The position numbers and the translations under genes are program-made. A stretch of 64,000 nt of DNA. Origin: Piromyces finnis finn (lineage: Eukaryota > Fungi > Neocallimastigomycota). Positions 49,431 to 64,000 of the stretch are shown in pieces (within the stretch, counting starts at the first letter, position 1; the number at the start of each line of letters is the position of its first letter). The DNA lies in contig MCFH01000033.1 of assembly GCA_002104945.1 (NCBI GenBank), positions 186,001-250,000 on the forward strand. Reading direction: 5' to 3'. The notes below the pieces were generated by a model. It saw only the letters and a program-made list of their open reading frames with translations. It was not told the origin of the DNA and made no database searches.

Positions 49431-50942
49431 TTAGTTGGTCTTTTGATGAGATGCAACACCAACAATTGGAATATCAGACTTAATATTGAACATAATACCA
49501 ACAACGAAAATAAGAATAACAATTAAAATAACTGAAGACCAGAATAAGAGTTGGAATTGTGAAGAAATGTTCTATTATTTAAATAAATTTTGTTAATAAT
49601 GTTTATATTAAATTGTAATTAAATTTAAAAATTATTATAAAAACTTACTTCAGCTTCACAGGCAACACCACCGTATTTAACATTGTCAACAGTCTTACAA
49701 CTACATGAGAAACATCCTGGATTACGAGACTTTTCATCGAATTGTTCACAAGTACCTCTACCATTACATTGGTTAGTAGCCTTCATACAATCTTCAGCAG
49801 TAGCAAAGAGAGAGTAATTGTTAACTCTAGCACATGAAGCAGAAGCATTAGCTTGTCTCTTCATGAACTTTCCATTAATACTACGCTTAGCTTTAATACC
49901 AGCTGGAGTGGTAATAACTTCAGCAACACCATTTTCATATAAACCTTGGAATTCCTTAACAATAGCATCAACAGCCTTCTTTACAATAGCTTGAGCTTCC
50001 TTGTATTGTTCAGATTCTGGACCATAAGTTTCATAAATCTTCTTAGCACCATCAGAAACAATACCGAAGAAGTCTTTGTTTTCATCCTTAACTAAATTAG
50101 AAGCACCATTGTTAATAGCACCTAAGATATCATGCATGTAAACCATTTCCTTCATGAAAATCTTATCAGTTGATTTATTTTCATCAAATACAGTGGTATC
50201 ATATAATTCATTAAATCTCTTGGCAACATCATCAACCATACCACTAACAGCCTTACGAACCTTGTTGTATGGATGACCAGTTAAAGTAACATCCTATAAA
50301 TATAATCAATTTTTATAATTTAGAAACAAATTCTTTTTGTTCTTTATTTTAAAAAGAATTTACTTACATTTTCCTTCATAACAACACGAACAACGTTGGA
50401 CTTGTATTCACCTTCCTTACATTCATTTTCTTCGTTAGAAACAAGAACAATCATTGAATCTGAATTTTGAGATTCAGCAAGCTTGTAGGCAACTTCAAGT
50501 TCAAAAGCAGCCATTCCTTCAGCAGATACAACATCAGATGATGGAATAGTGTATGAAGTCTTGTCATTTAAGGATTCTTTAATAATATAAATATAATTAT
50601 ATTAATCATATTTTCTATTTTATATTTTTAATAAAAAATATTTGAAATTTAAATTTTACCTGAATCAACACCTTCAAGAGAAATTAAAAGGTTAGCCTTT
50701 GGCTTGTTGAAGATATCAGAAGCAGCATTAACGATAGCCTTATCGTTAACAGCAGCAAAGCTGGCATCTTCACTTTCAATACCAACGAAGTGAGAAACAA
50801 TACCATCTAATTCTGGGAAACTAATTGATCTGACATTTTGTTCAACATTTGGGAAAATTCTGACTGAACCTTCATTACCAGCAGCAAAGACTGATAAAGC
50901 CTTGACAATTAAAAGAACAGAAGTTAAGTGGAATTTTGCCAT
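49431..50942 (-). CDS. Type-I membrane protein with signal peptide, EGF-like Cys domain and C-terminal TM helix (DUF3844 / Vps3844-like), 4 exons
   Basis: Signal peptide MAKFHLTSVLLIVKALSVFA. The C-terminus EDCMKATNQCNGRGTC...CFSCSC...KYGGVACEAEDIS followed by a hydrophobic helix matches the DUF3844 pattern (C..ATN.CSGHG.C...CF.C.C...WGG.AC...D.S). Confidence 0.8.
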
Positions 50943-52267
50943 TATGTTCTATTATTCTATTACAATTGATATATTTTTGATAAATTTCATTAAATATTTT
51001 AGTTTGAATTTTTTTTTTTTATCATAAAATATTATAATAAAAGATTTATATTATTATATATATGTTTTTTAATATTTGATTTAATAATTATCATTAATGA
51101 AATATATTTTATAAACTATTATTCGGTAAAATTTGTATATACTGTAAATACTTTATAATATTATTATACTTTTATTATTATTTATTTTTTTTTAACTATA
51201 TAACATTTTGTTTTTTCGAAATGTATTTTGTTATTATATTTTTAAAATGAAATAACATATTATTGTAAATTCGATTTATTATTTATTACTTTCAATTAAA
51301 AGGAAAAAATAATTATTTGTATTATTCCATAATATCAATAATACATAATCAACATTACTGAATTTTTTTTTTTTTTCTCCTTGGTATTTGAATATATTTC
51401 ATTTAATATATCTATTGCTTCATTTTATTTTAATAATTGTAATCCACTTATTCTTTATAAATCAATTTCATCTTGCTAATAAATATCCTCTTATATTTTC
51501 CTCTTAGTATTATTATAAAAGATATGCTCTTTTTTTTATTATTAAATCCATATTGTTTTGAAAATTACCTTTATTTTTTTTTTTTTTAATTCTATATTCC
51601 TTTTTTTTTTTTTTAATTTCTTTTTACTTTTTTTTTTTATTTAACTTATTTTTTTTTAATATTTTTTTTTTTTTTTTTAAAAAAAAACAGTATTTTAAAA
51701 AAAATTAAAGCATATATATAAATAATAAAATTAAACAAAATATTAAATAATCATATATATTATTTTTTCTAATAATTGATAATAACCAAAACAATTTATT
51801 TGAAATATTAAATATTACTTTGATTAATAATAGTTATCTTATTTTTATTTTTGTAATAATAATTTTATTTTTATGATAATTGTATTTAATTATATAATAT
51901 ATTACAATATACTAATTAATATATTATAATAAATATTTTTGCTATAGATATTTTGAAGAATTTATAATTATGTATTAAAAATTATCAATATATTAGGATT
52001 ATATATAAACTATATTACTATAATTAATTTATTTTTATTACACTTAATAATAGATAAAAATTAATAGTACTACAAAAAACTATTATAATTTTTAATAATA
52101 TATTATGACATCACCAAAGCCTCTTTAGTATTATAATAAAGTGATTGGACAGTTATATTGTTCCAGCAATTTCATTGGTATAATTGTTCATTTTTTATGT
52201 TAAGCTAATAAATATATGTATTAATTAGCATTGTTATACAAATTTAAGAATGATACTAACGTGTTTG

Positions 52268-52377
52268 ATTTATTTATTTATTCATTAATTATAATTTATT
52301 TATTTATATATTTATTTATTTATATATTTATTTATTTATATATATATATATATTTATTTATTATTATTTATTTATTT

Positions 52378-52429
<52 letters not shown>

Positions 52430-52455
52430 CTTACTTACTTACTTACTTACTTATT
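52268..52455. repeat. Compound (TTTA)n/(TA)n/(TTAC)n microsatellite
   Basis: Directly visible tetranucleotide runs. Confidence 0.9.
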
Positions 52456-54136
52456 ATCACTATTTATAAATTATATGAATAATAATATATGATAATAAGC
52501 TATTTTTGTTTTTAATTTTTTTCTCAAAATTACTTTTTATATTATTACAGTTCATTAAATTACAATTATATATGCATTTACAATTTTTAATATTTCAAAA
52601 ATACTTTATAAATATTTTATTATTTCTAAATACTAAAACAAAATTTTTAAAAAATAAGTAATTATTATTTACAAAAAAAAAAAATAGTAAATGAATTTTA
52701 AACTATTTTTGTTAATGTTAAAATCGTGAATTTTTAAAGAGAAATAACATTTAATTATAAATTAAATATAATTATAATTATTTTATAATGCATAAAAAAT
52801 TATATTATTTTGTTTTATTTATAAGAAGAAAAAAAAATGATAAATATCATATTGGAATTTATGGTAATAATAATTTTTGTGTTTTATTAAAATAAATATG
52901 GAAATTTATAAGAATAAATTGGTTTACTAGGTTTTACTAGTACATTTGATAAAAGTTATTTAAATAAATACTATAATCAAATATGAAATGATAAGAAATG
53001 CTATTCTAAAAAAAAATGTTAATAATTTAGAATGTTTATCCAATAAATATTAATGACAGTATTAAGAGACTAAAAGATATTTATATAAATTTATGGATAT
53101 TTAGAAAATTTTTTATATATTATTGTTTTACATAATGTTTAAAATAAGTACTATACTGAAGATTAAATTTATTTTAAGGTCCTTACAATAGTGGCAGTTA
53201 TAAAAGGCGTTATACAAGTTATAGTAATAAGGGCGCGTCTATAATTATATTTATTTTATTTTTCTAATTTGTTTGTTATTATAACATAACAAACAAACAT
53301 TATAGATTTTATTTTAATAATGTTAAATTTCAAAATGATAGTTTTAAAAATATACAAATTATTATTAAAAGTCTCAATAAATATAAGTTTATTTTATATA
53401 TTATCTAGTCTAATAAATAATAATATTTAAACATTACATATTATTTATAAAAGATGTAATTAACAATGTTATTAATTTATTAAAAGTAAAATTTTCAATT
53501 GAATTGGTAATTTTAAATAATATTATGTTATTTTCATAATTTTATAATATTTAATATTATAAACTTAAAACTTCAAATAGTTTATATCTATCTAATTTAT
53601 TAGAATTCTTGAAAAACACTAATGAAAATTTTAAATTTAAATTTTTTTAAATTTAAATTTCTCTTCCAAAAAAAAAAAAATAAAGTAATAAATATTATTA
53701 TTGATCTTTTATTTAATTATACGCCACATTTTGTCATAAAAGGAAGTGTTACCATAAATTTATAAATTTATGGATTGTAATTATTATTACTATTAATATT
53801 TATATATAAATAAAGTTTAATACTATTCATAAGAATTTAATTTTTTTGCTACATTGTACGTATAACTACTTTTGCATTTAAATATTGAAAGCATATTAAA
53901 TACCACATAAACTTTATTCATAAAATGAATTATAATAATAATAAATAAATAAATAATAAAATAATTTTTTATTTTGCTATTACTAAAAATTGATTTCTTC
54001 TTTAAATTTCAATAAATTAATCATCAGCAACAAATACTCAATAACACAATAAAATTCCATTGATACTATTAATCCACAATATCATAGATCAGTAATGAAA
54101 ATAACTAAAAACAATAGATTATTTATATTTCTTTTT

Positions 54137-54159
<23 letters not shown>

Positions 54160-54169
<10 letters not shown>

Positions 54170-54320
54170 TCGTTGTTGTTGTTACTTTACATGAATAATT
54201 TTATAAATTATTATATATTTTTTTTTTTGTTATTGTTGTTACTTTACATGAATAATTTTATAAATTATATTTTTTTTTGTTGTTGTTGTTGTTACTTTAT
54301 ATGAATAATTTTATAAATTT
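54160..54320. repeat. Three ~55-bp tandem repeats just downstream of the makorin stop codon
   Basis: gttacttta(c/t)atgaataattttataaatt occurs at ~54181, ~54238 and ~54291, each preceded by a T-run and (gtt)n. Confidence 0.85.
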
Positions 54321-54341
54321 TATAACTTATCAATAATATGA

Positions 54342-57300
54342 TTAAGCTTTTTTATTTTTACTTTTGTTTATGGTTACTGTATTAGAACTAGTACTATCAA
54401 AAGAAGAATGACTATTGTTTGTATTTTGAGATGATAAATTTATATGTTGAGATGATCTTGAAAAACTTGAATATTTTGAACGAGGAACTGTTCCAACACC
54501 ACTTTTACTTCCAATACTACTAGAAAAATATTGATCATTTCCAGGAGATTCATGTTGATGATAATATTTTGCGTAAATTTCATCTTCTCCAATAAATGAT
54601 GAAGAAGAAGTTAATGAAGAAGAAAATGTTGATTCCATTTCAAAATCAGTATTATGGCTGGTATAAGTATTACTACCATAATAACGATTATTATAGAAAT
54701 GTTTTTTTGTTGGATCTCTTTGTGGTAATCTTTCTTTTGAATTTACCGAGTTTGTTAAATTTATTGGTGGTATAACTGGATGATCATCAAATGTATGAAG
54801 ATTGTTTCCTATCGATGAAGTAGAATCAATTCTATCATTTTGAGAATTCTTACTCTCCACTTCTTCAACTTCATTATTTTCAGTTGTTTTTCTTTTTAAT
54901 GAATCAATAGCATCGCAACTAATACTGTTTTTTGTATTGCTTAATTCATTGATACTAATGTTAGAATTACAATTATTTTGAATATCTTTATTATCATTAT
55001 TCTTATTTTTATTGCCTAAATATTTTCTAGATTGTTTTAAAGAATTAATTGGATCATTAGAAATTGATGAGTTTGTTGTATTAGATGTAATTACACTAAG
55101 ATCATTTAATATAATGCTGTTGGAAATACCATTATTTTCATTATCACTCAAAGCATCCTTTGATAATGAAATTGTATGAGATTTTGTATTTCTACTACTT
55201 CTTGATGTAGAAGTCAATATTGACGATTGTAACATATTACGACTATCTTCATGAACTATACCAAAAGTATCAAATGACTCATTATTATTAGACGAATCAT
55301 TTAAATCACGATTTAATGTAGATACATTATTACTATTACTGCTATTATTAGTATTACTATTATTATTAGGATTATTAGGATTAGAGATGTTATTGTTAAT
55401 ATTATTTTCGTTGATACTATTGTTGAAATTGATAGAATTTATATTATTATTGCTATTATTTATAGTGTTAGTATTAGTATTTGTTAAATTTGTTAATTGT
55501 TCAGTTCTATGGTATCGGTATGAAGGGGAAATTCTTTGATTTGAATATATTCCTGTAACTGGCATATGCATGTTTTCAACAGATAAATTATAATTGTTAA
55601 GTGAAGAGTTCGAATTAGCATTCCTATTATTTGTCATGAAATATTGATTTAAATCTTCATCAATTTCATCTAAATAATCTGATATATCACTATCACTTAT
55701 ATCACTCACATCGTTATTATCATTATCATTATTATTATCATTCTCTTCAAAATTTAATTCACTAAATTCATTAATAACATCAGTTAACATATACTCGTTA
55801 TTCATTATATTTCCATGAGCATCTGATGGTATAAAGTTTTGATTTTGAATATAGCCATTTAATAATAAATCACTATCAAACGAATTATCACTATGATAAA
55901 ATGGGTTAGTAAATACTCCATTATGCATTCCATAATCATCACCATCATCTACTAATAAAGCCTCTTCTATAAAACGATCATTAAAATATTGAATAGTTCC
56001 ATCTATATCATTTTGAACAATATTTTGATCATATTCTTCAGGACTAATAAATTGAATAGCAGTGTTTAAATATGAAAACCTTGCATATTGACCATCTGGT
56101 TTATAATGTGAATATATACCTTTTAAAAAAATAATAATAAGTAATTGTTTATTTACTTTCTTATTTATTTATTGCTTTTATTTACTACTAATATCTTTTT
56201 ATAAACAACTTTTAAATATATAATTTTATTTTTTATTATATACTTACAATTATCACCATATGGACAAAATTTATAATTTGTTTCTCTTAACTTTCGACAT
56301 TCTGTATTTGCTAATTCCTGTTTATACTCTGTAATTAATAATTTTCTTTCAGTTTCATTTTTCGGAAACTTCTCAGAAGGAATTATGAATTGAGATTTCT
56401 AAAAATAATATATTTCATAATTTTGTATTATTAATTAATTTTCATTAATATTATATATACATATATATTACTTACAGTCTTACATAATGGACATTTTAAA
56501 TGATTATTTATATCACTAAAATCTTGTGAATTTCTCCACATCTTAATACAATCATAACAAAAATAATGATTACAATTACCTATTAATATTCAACAAAATT
56601 CATTTTCAATTTAATTAGAAATTAAAATATATATATATGAAATAAAATTAATTTATTTTTAAACTTACATAAAACACCAAATTTCGCTGGAGGAATAATA
56701 TTTTCTAAGCATATTGAACACACATTATTTTGTTCATCTTCGTTTTCATTTGAATCAATTTTATTATTATCTTTATTATCATTTGAAATTGCTCCTAAAC
56801 ATAATTCTGAATGTTCTACAAGTATGAGAAAAAGACGAAGATGAAAATATTTATTTATTTATTATAAAAATTAAGTGATTTAAATATATATTCATTATAA
56901 AACACATATCGTAAATATAATAAATTTTAATATTTCAATATAGAATTATAAAACAATTAATAAATTCCTTAATATAATAAATAATAAATTTATATATGAA
57001 ACCATATACTTACTTTTCACTTGTAAGGACATTTCCTTTAATGGATTATATACATTTTGTTGGCATAATGAACATGGAGTTCCATGAATAAAACGACATC
57101 GATTTCCAAATTTACATTTATTATTTATATTTGCTATACATATTTCATTAATTCTTCCAATAGGATCTAATAAAAAAGGTGTATTATTCTCACTATTGTA
57201 TATATTATTTAAAGAATTTTCATTTAAATTTTGTGTATTTGAATTATTTAAATGAATTTCATTTGGTAAATGTGTTCTTGTCTCATTTGTTCTAATTTGA

Positions 57301-57506
57301 GTAGATAAATTATCACCATTGGAATTAAGTGAATTTTCCGAATCTGAATCTGGTAAATTTCTATCATTTGAAGCTAAATTTCTACCGTATAAATCAATAT
57401 TTTGTGATATTTCAAACGGTAATGAAAAATTAGAAATGTTGCTATTGTTTCTTTGTGAGGAATTATCATTTCCTCTAAATAATCTATGAAAGTTTATTCT
57501 ATTCAT
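54342..57506 (-). CDS. MKRN: Makorin-like CCCH / RING / CCCH E3 ubiquitin ligase with a long Asn/Ser-rich C-terminal extension (multi-exon)
   Basis: CCCH finger C....NNKCKFGNRCRFIH, then a Cys-His motif, RING CSICLENII..AKFGVL.NCNHYFCYDCIKMWR...CPLCK and a second CCCH ..C..L......CPYGDNC.YSH. This is the makorin domain order. Confidence 0.85.
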
Positions 57507-59176
57507 TATATATAAATAACTATGAAATTTGATAACAATGAAATATTTTAATTTATTTAATTTACAATTACTATTCTTATTTTTTAAAATAATATATTCC
57601 TATTGTTTTTTATTATTATTTTTATTGTTGTATTTTTTTAATAAAAATTGTTATTGATATTTAATATACTATTATGATAGTTATATATTTGGTATATTAA
57701 TATCAATTACATTAATTATATATCATATATTATAATTATTTTTTTTATTTTATTATATTTTATTATATTTTATTCTTTTTTGAAATTTTATTTAGGTTGT
57801 TGTTGTTGTTGTTATTGATTGATATTTACTTTATAGTTACTTAAATTTATTTCAAAATATATATATATATCTATTTTTTTTATATTATTTTATTTTTTGT
57901 AATTCTTATTTATAAATTTAAATTATGTAATTACAATTCAATAGTTAATATCAATATATATAAACTATATATTATTAATATTAGTTTATTTTATATTATT
58001 TATAGCCATTCTCTTTACAAAGAATGCTCATAAATAATACTATTTAAAACAATTGAAAATAAGAAAATAAAAAAAAAAAATTCTTCAATTTCCTGTATTT
58101 AATAAAAAATTTTCTGGTATATTGTAATTTTATTTATTCTAAAAATATAAAAAAATGAAATATACTATATAATAAGGTTTATTTTTCATTATATTAAACA
58201 AATTAAATAATAAAAAAGAATAACCAAAAGAATTGAAATTAATTAAAATAAATATATTATAATATATTATTTTCATAAATATTAGAAAAAAAATAAATTA
58301 ATGATTAAAAATTCTAAGAAATCTTCATATTAAAAAGTAATTATTATAGTTTATTTATGTGGCTTTAATAATAAAATTGTATTTATTACCATAATCGAAA
58401 TGTAGTACCCAAATTTTTAATATTTACCTATTCCATCTATTCCATGTGTTAATTTATTTTACATTAAATAAAGTTATTTCTGTAAAACTTTAAATTAAAT
58501 TATTACATCAAAAATTGAATAAATTAAAATATAGATTAAAAAAAAAAACTATTGTTTTGGAGTATAATCATTTTTATTTACAATTTTAATTTCTATCAAT
58601 TATTCTACTATTGTTATAGTTAATTTACCTAATTTGTCAATAATCTTATTTAAAGAATAATTAAAAATGATAAATACTTTTTGATTAGAAATATTATTTC
58701 TTTAATAGATCCTTTATTTTACTATTATTTATTATAGTGTTGATATTACTACTCGGACGACTTTTTTTACAGATACAAAAACGTTTATAGGAAAAAAATA
58801 ACAATATTTATTTATTTAATAGAAAGCCTTATCAAATTATAAAAAAATAAAAAAAAAAAAAGTTTATATAAATTTATACAATACACTCAAAAATTAATAA
58901 TCATATATTATGTAATTATTAATTAAATATTTTTTTGTATTTATTTCTTTACATAATATTTATTATAATATTTATTATAATATTTATTATATATTTATTA
59001 TATATTTATTATATATTTTAATCTCTTGAGATTTTATCTATTAAATAGTGAATTCATTCAGATTCTAATATCTAAATATTAAATAAAAATAAATTTTAAT
59101 AATTTAAACTTTTAAATATAATTTTCATTGAACATAAAATATAAAAAAAAAAAAAAGTTATAAATATTTTTTAATT

Positions 59177-61791
59177 TTAAAATTTATCCTTCAAACTATG
59201 TGGAACATGTACACAACATAATTTGCTTAATATACTCTTTTTTAATTCCTCTGAATCAGAGCTAAAGTACATTTTTAAGTCGGAACTCATAGCATCACGG
59301 CAACATAATTTACAATATTTATTTATACAATTATTTGATGAAATATTATTACACTTTTTACAGCGAATTCTTGATTCTTTACGAGTTTGTTTGTTCTTTT
59401 TATTCTTGTGCTTTTCATTTTGTTTAATTTCTTCAGTTTCATTAACTTTTCTTTTTTTATTTTCCTGTTCATCATTAAGTTTCTTTTCATTTTCTGATAT
59501 TATATCACCTTCTGTTTTTGTATTTTCTAATGTATTAACTGTATCAATAGTATCAAGTTTATTTTCATTTTTTTCTGATTTAGCATTGCTTTGTTGCTCA
59601 ATTTTTCTCCTATTATGGATCAATTCCTTACGTATATATGGTTGAGCTAACCAATGTGGAATAATTCTATGACCTTTTTCATCTCTTTTATTAAATTCTG
59701 GATCTTCAATTTTATTTTCTTCAGCAGTTTTCTTGGATATTTATATATTTTGAGAAATTTAATATATTTTTATATTATTAATTAAATAAAAGTTTTTAAA
59801 ATACTTACAATTAATCTCTTTTTAAATTCATATACGATATTAAATAATTCTTCTATATCTGAAGCTTTAGCTAATCTTGCTCTTAAATCAATATGAAGAT
59901 GTAAACTAATATTATAATATCATTAAATAATAACAATTCAATATTTTTTCTTATTATTTAATTTTGCTAAAACAAATAAAAAAATTATAAAAAAAAATTA
60001 CCATGGATTGAATAATTTAAATAAATGAGCCCTAATTGAACCTAAGGTTGATGATTCGGGTAATTCCTTATATATATTTAAATACTATAATTAAATAATT
60101 ATATAAAATGTAAAATATTAATGACTAACAATCAAAATACAAACGAAAACTAAATAATAATATTTTTTTTAAACATACTTCTTCAGCATAATGCCATATT
60201 GGTAAATAACCTGGTCTAAATAAACCTGGATTATACAAAACACCCTCTATACATATAATTCAATATATTTTTGTATTTATTTCATTTAAATAATAATATT
60301 ATTAATATTATTATTACTTACCTCCTGACATAACAGCATCTGCACCAGTTTCATCTAAACAACGTTGAATATCTTCATAATATAATATATTTCCATTTGC
60401 AACAACTGGTATTTTAACATTTTCCCTTAAAAATGTTAATAATTACATAATATACAATATATATTATAATACGTATTAATATTACTAAAACAATATTTTT
60501 ACTAAATATTAAAATAAATAACATACTTGATTTTTTTGATATATTCCCAATTTGCAAGTCCAGTATTGTGACCCTTCTGTTCTCTATATCTTGCATGAAC
60601 AGTAAGCATCTTACATTATTTTTTATGTATTAAATGTATTAATTAAATTAGTATAAAATAATAAATACAAATACATATACTAAAAATACTTACTTGGCAT
60701 CCAGCATTTTCTAACATTTTTGCATATTTAATTGTCTTTTCCATATCTGGGTATACTCTTATTTTACAGGTAACGGGAACAGACAAATTTTCATGTAATT
60801 TCTTAACTATTTTTATTAAAAAAAAAAAAAAAAATTAATATAATTAGTAATATTAACATTTATTATATATTATTATATACAATACCAATTCTTTCGATTA
60901 AGTCCCATTCTTCCATCAAGAATGAACCATAATGACCTCTTTTTGCAATATGTTGAGGACAACCCAAATTAACATCTACAGCATCACATTTATCCTCAAC
61001 AAGCTAATATTATAATATTATAATACAATGTATATTTCAATTATCAATTTATATAATAATAAAGTCTTTTATATAAAGGACGTACTTTTCCAGCTTTCAA
61101 CATAATATCTGGGTCATTACCACATAACTTTAATAATGAAATTAAATAATTAATTCAATATAATTAAATAAATTAAAATATAAAATAATTATAGTAAATC
61201 AAATAATAGAAACTTTATATATTAAATTTCAAAAATTATTATAGTAATGATAATAATGATGATGATAATATTTAAATATAATATTAAATTTCAGACTATT
61301 TAACTATTTAATCTTACTTGAACAATAACTGGACGATCTTTTTCATTTGTACTCCATTGTTCCTTACGATAAAGTTCATTTTTTGGTTCAATAAAAAATT
61401 TAGCATTAAACATTGGAGTAAAACATAAATCTGCACCATAACGTTTGGTTAAAATTCTCCAAGCCTTTTTTAATAATATTTAATAAAACGAAATATGTTT
61501 TTACATTAAAGAAAATCATTATAAAAATATATATATTATATAAATATGAATTTCATTAATTTTTACTTACAAGCTCTGAATGTTCAACCTTTCGAAATTA
61601 ATGAAATATATATACATATATATATATATATATATTTAAAATTAATTTGTATAATATAAATATAAATATAATAAAACATAATTTAATATAGTAAAGCAAA
61701 TAAATAAATAAATAAATAAATAAAATAAGAGAAAAGAAAAGAGAAGAGAAAAAAAATAAAAAAAAATAAAATAAAAAATAAAAAAATAAAA

Positions 61792-61830
<39 letters not shown>

Positions 61831-61928
61831 TGAATAAATTTAAAACGAACCATAGGAGCAACAATATATTTAGGTTTTTTTAAAATCTTATTAAAAAATT
61901 CATATCCTTCTAATTTACGATTTTCCAT
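59177..61928 (-). CDS. DUS1: tRNA-dihydrouridine(16/17) synthase Dus1 (multi-exon, includes an 18-nt micro-exon at 61571-61588)
   Basis: [77 protein letters not shown] and GADAVMSAE, plus a C-terminal CKKC...CCRD...CCVH zinc region. Confidence 0.95.
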
Positions 61929-62284
61929 TTTCCAAAAAAATAATGAAATTTAATTTCGAAATTTGAATTTTTCTTTTTTCTTTTTTTTTAAAAAAAATAT
62001 ATATATACAAAACTAAAATTTAATATTATTTTTTAATTTGTTGAATTTTTTAAATTATAATATTATTGGTTGTTAATTAAGTCTAAATAAATAACTTTAA
62101 AAATTATTTTTTTGAAAATTTAAGTATAAAATATTTTTATTTGATTTACAATATTTTTATTTATTTAGTTTATGTTTTAATGTTTTTATATTATTATTTT
62201 TTGTATGTTGATGTATTTAAACTTTCTTGATTGATTATTTTTAATAAATTAAAGGATTAATTTTTTTTACATTAATTAAACTTT

Positions 62285-63793
62285 TTAGGATTCATCCATG
62301 GTATCATCTTCCTTTTTTTGGATAGCACGTAAAAAAGCTACAACAGCTCCATCACTAGTAGATATACTGGTATCCAAACCAAGTTCAGCCATTAATGGAC
62401 CTAAAGCACCAGAACGTAAAGCATAAGTTAATGAATTAACAGAGTGAATAAATTGTGGAGATCTTAAAACTTCTTCAATAGATTGACTATCTAAAGGAGC
62501 ATTATCTGGTAAATGCTAATATTATAACAAAAACAATATATCATTTAATTTATGTAATTATATTTTTTTATTATATTTTTGTTTTCCTTTAATTATTGAA
62601 ACTTTAAAATACATACTGGAAATAAAGCATTACACACATCACGATCCTTAAGTAATGGTGATACAATTTCTGGAGTTAAAACATCTTGAAGATTAGCATC
62701 TAAAAATATTAAAATAGATGTTTAAGTTAAAAAAGCGTTATCATATTTAAAATACTTACATCATATATTTATAAATTAATCTATAAAAACTTACCATTTG
62801 TTTCTATTTTATATTTTAGATATAGGCATAATTGAAAATATGGTAATAATAATTATAATACTTTTAATATTTGTATTTATTGCTTGAATGTAAATATATA
62901 TATAATAATAATAATATTCACATTCAAAGTAAAATCTTAAAATATATATAAAATAAAATAAAACAAAAATATACCTGGAACTTGAATATTAGAAAGAATT
63001 TCACTAATTTCCTTTAATTGATCATTTGTAAATTGAGTGGTTGGTTTCTTTTTATCACTAGAATCAGCTTCATTAGCATTATCTTCAGAAGTTTCTTCCT
63101 TTGATTGTTGATAAGATTCACTTAATGCATTTAATAATTCTTGATTATAATCCATAACATCGGACTTATCATCAGAATGAACATTATTAATAATATCATT
63201 TACTTTTTTACAAAGTTCTTCATCTTTATCAGCCTTTGGTTCTGTGTAATGTGTAATAAATATAAATAAATGGAATATAAGTTAATTATAAATTAATATA
63301 TTTTTAAATAACTAAATAATAAAATAAAAAAAATTATAAATAAAAATATCATTAATAATCCTATTATATCAATGTCATAATTGGTTTTATACCTTGCATC
63401 CAGAAGAATAATTTTTGAGAAGAAGATTGGAACTTTAAAATATAAACACGATCTTTGGATTGCTTAACTTTGGAAAATTCAGCTATTAAAATAATACAAT
63501 GAAATCTCCAATTAATATATAAATCATAAAATAACACTTTATATATTCAAAGTAATAACATTACCTTCAAATGGGAAAATGATAAGATCATCTTCAACTC
63601 TGTTTGTTGATCTATCCTATAATTTAAAAGTATAACTCTTTTAATATTTAAAATATAGATATATATATTTGCTTAAAAGTTTATTATACCTTCCAGTAAA
63701 AATGCATTAAAGAATCTTCAGGAGATTGATTTAAATAAATTAAGCCTTTTCTTGTATCTGGCTTAACCATATTACCTTCTCTAAACATTTTTC
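62285..63793 (-). CDS. RPN13: Proteasomal ubiquitin receptor Rpn13/ADRM1 (first exon outside the window)
   Basis: PRU domain [21 protein letters not shown]...LMHFYWKDR...EDDLIIFP...RVFIFK...FFWMQE. The UCH-binding C-terminus reads LQDVLTPE...[30 protein letters not shown]. Stop at 62285-62287. Confidence 0.93.
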
Positions 63794-64000
63794 CTTTTAA
63801 AAATAATTTTAAGTAATCAATAAAAAGGAAGTGAAATAATTGATAGTAAATAATAAATAAGATATAAATAGTTCAATATTAAAATTTTTAAGAATGTTAG
63901 AAATAGATGAATGATACATTAATAATACATTTATATATCTATATACAAAAATACAAAATACTAATATCATAAAAACGTAATTTTATATTTAAATATTTAA

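Noticed and set aside
11084-61864. Hydrophobic poly-Ile/Tyr/Phe ORFs (e.g. 11084-11362, 42008-42190, 52231-52482, 54095-54304, 61598-61864)
   Set aside because: Translations of (AAT)n, (TTTA)n and poly-T tracts in introns, intergenic DNA or antisense strands.
7010-63793. Four ubiquitin-system genes (F-box, RFWD3, makorin, RPN13) in one window as a functional cluster
   Set aside because: They are dispersed among unrelated genes and these classes are abundant in eukaryotic genomes.

Overview
Extremely AT-rich, intron-containing eukaryotic DNA, almost certainly from an anaerobic gut fungus (Neocallimastigomycota). The basis is a GH3 beta-glucosidase with three fungal non-catalytic dockerins, short GT-AG introns and AAT-run low-complexity proteins. 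Eleven host genes are visible: a giant intronless ankyrin protein (5'-truncated by the window), an F-box/LRR protein, a coiled-coil protein, GH3-dockerin (cel3A-like), a small C2HC-finger protein, an RFWD3-like E3, an RS-rich protein, a GH36 Sip1/raffinose-synthase-type enzyme, a DUF3844/Vps3844 membrane protein, a makorin-like E3 and DUS1. RPN13 is a twelfth, 5'-truncated. About 17 kb is one young family of non-LTR retrotransposon. Copy C (43167-48898) is intact and full-length, with a 40-nt poly(A), a 14-bp target-site duplication and a single 1521-aa ORF. That ORF appears to fuse an RRM-like N-terminus to APE endonuclease, RT and a CCHC finger, with no separate ORF1. Its 5' end is a 124-nt structured tandem repeat ending at the same nucleotide in both full-length copies, and its stop codon sits in a 3' hairpin. 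At 13.8-25.3 kb the same family and older relatives form a same-orientation, roughly age-ordered head-to-tail stack of seven segments. These are two decayed relics, a 110-nt 3'-hairpin fragment, copy A, a 23-nt internal fragment, copy B and a 216-nt 5'UTR fragment. This element and its stacking behaviour are the most interesting things in the window. Intron boundaries were read by eye; family assignments come from recalled motifs, not database searches.
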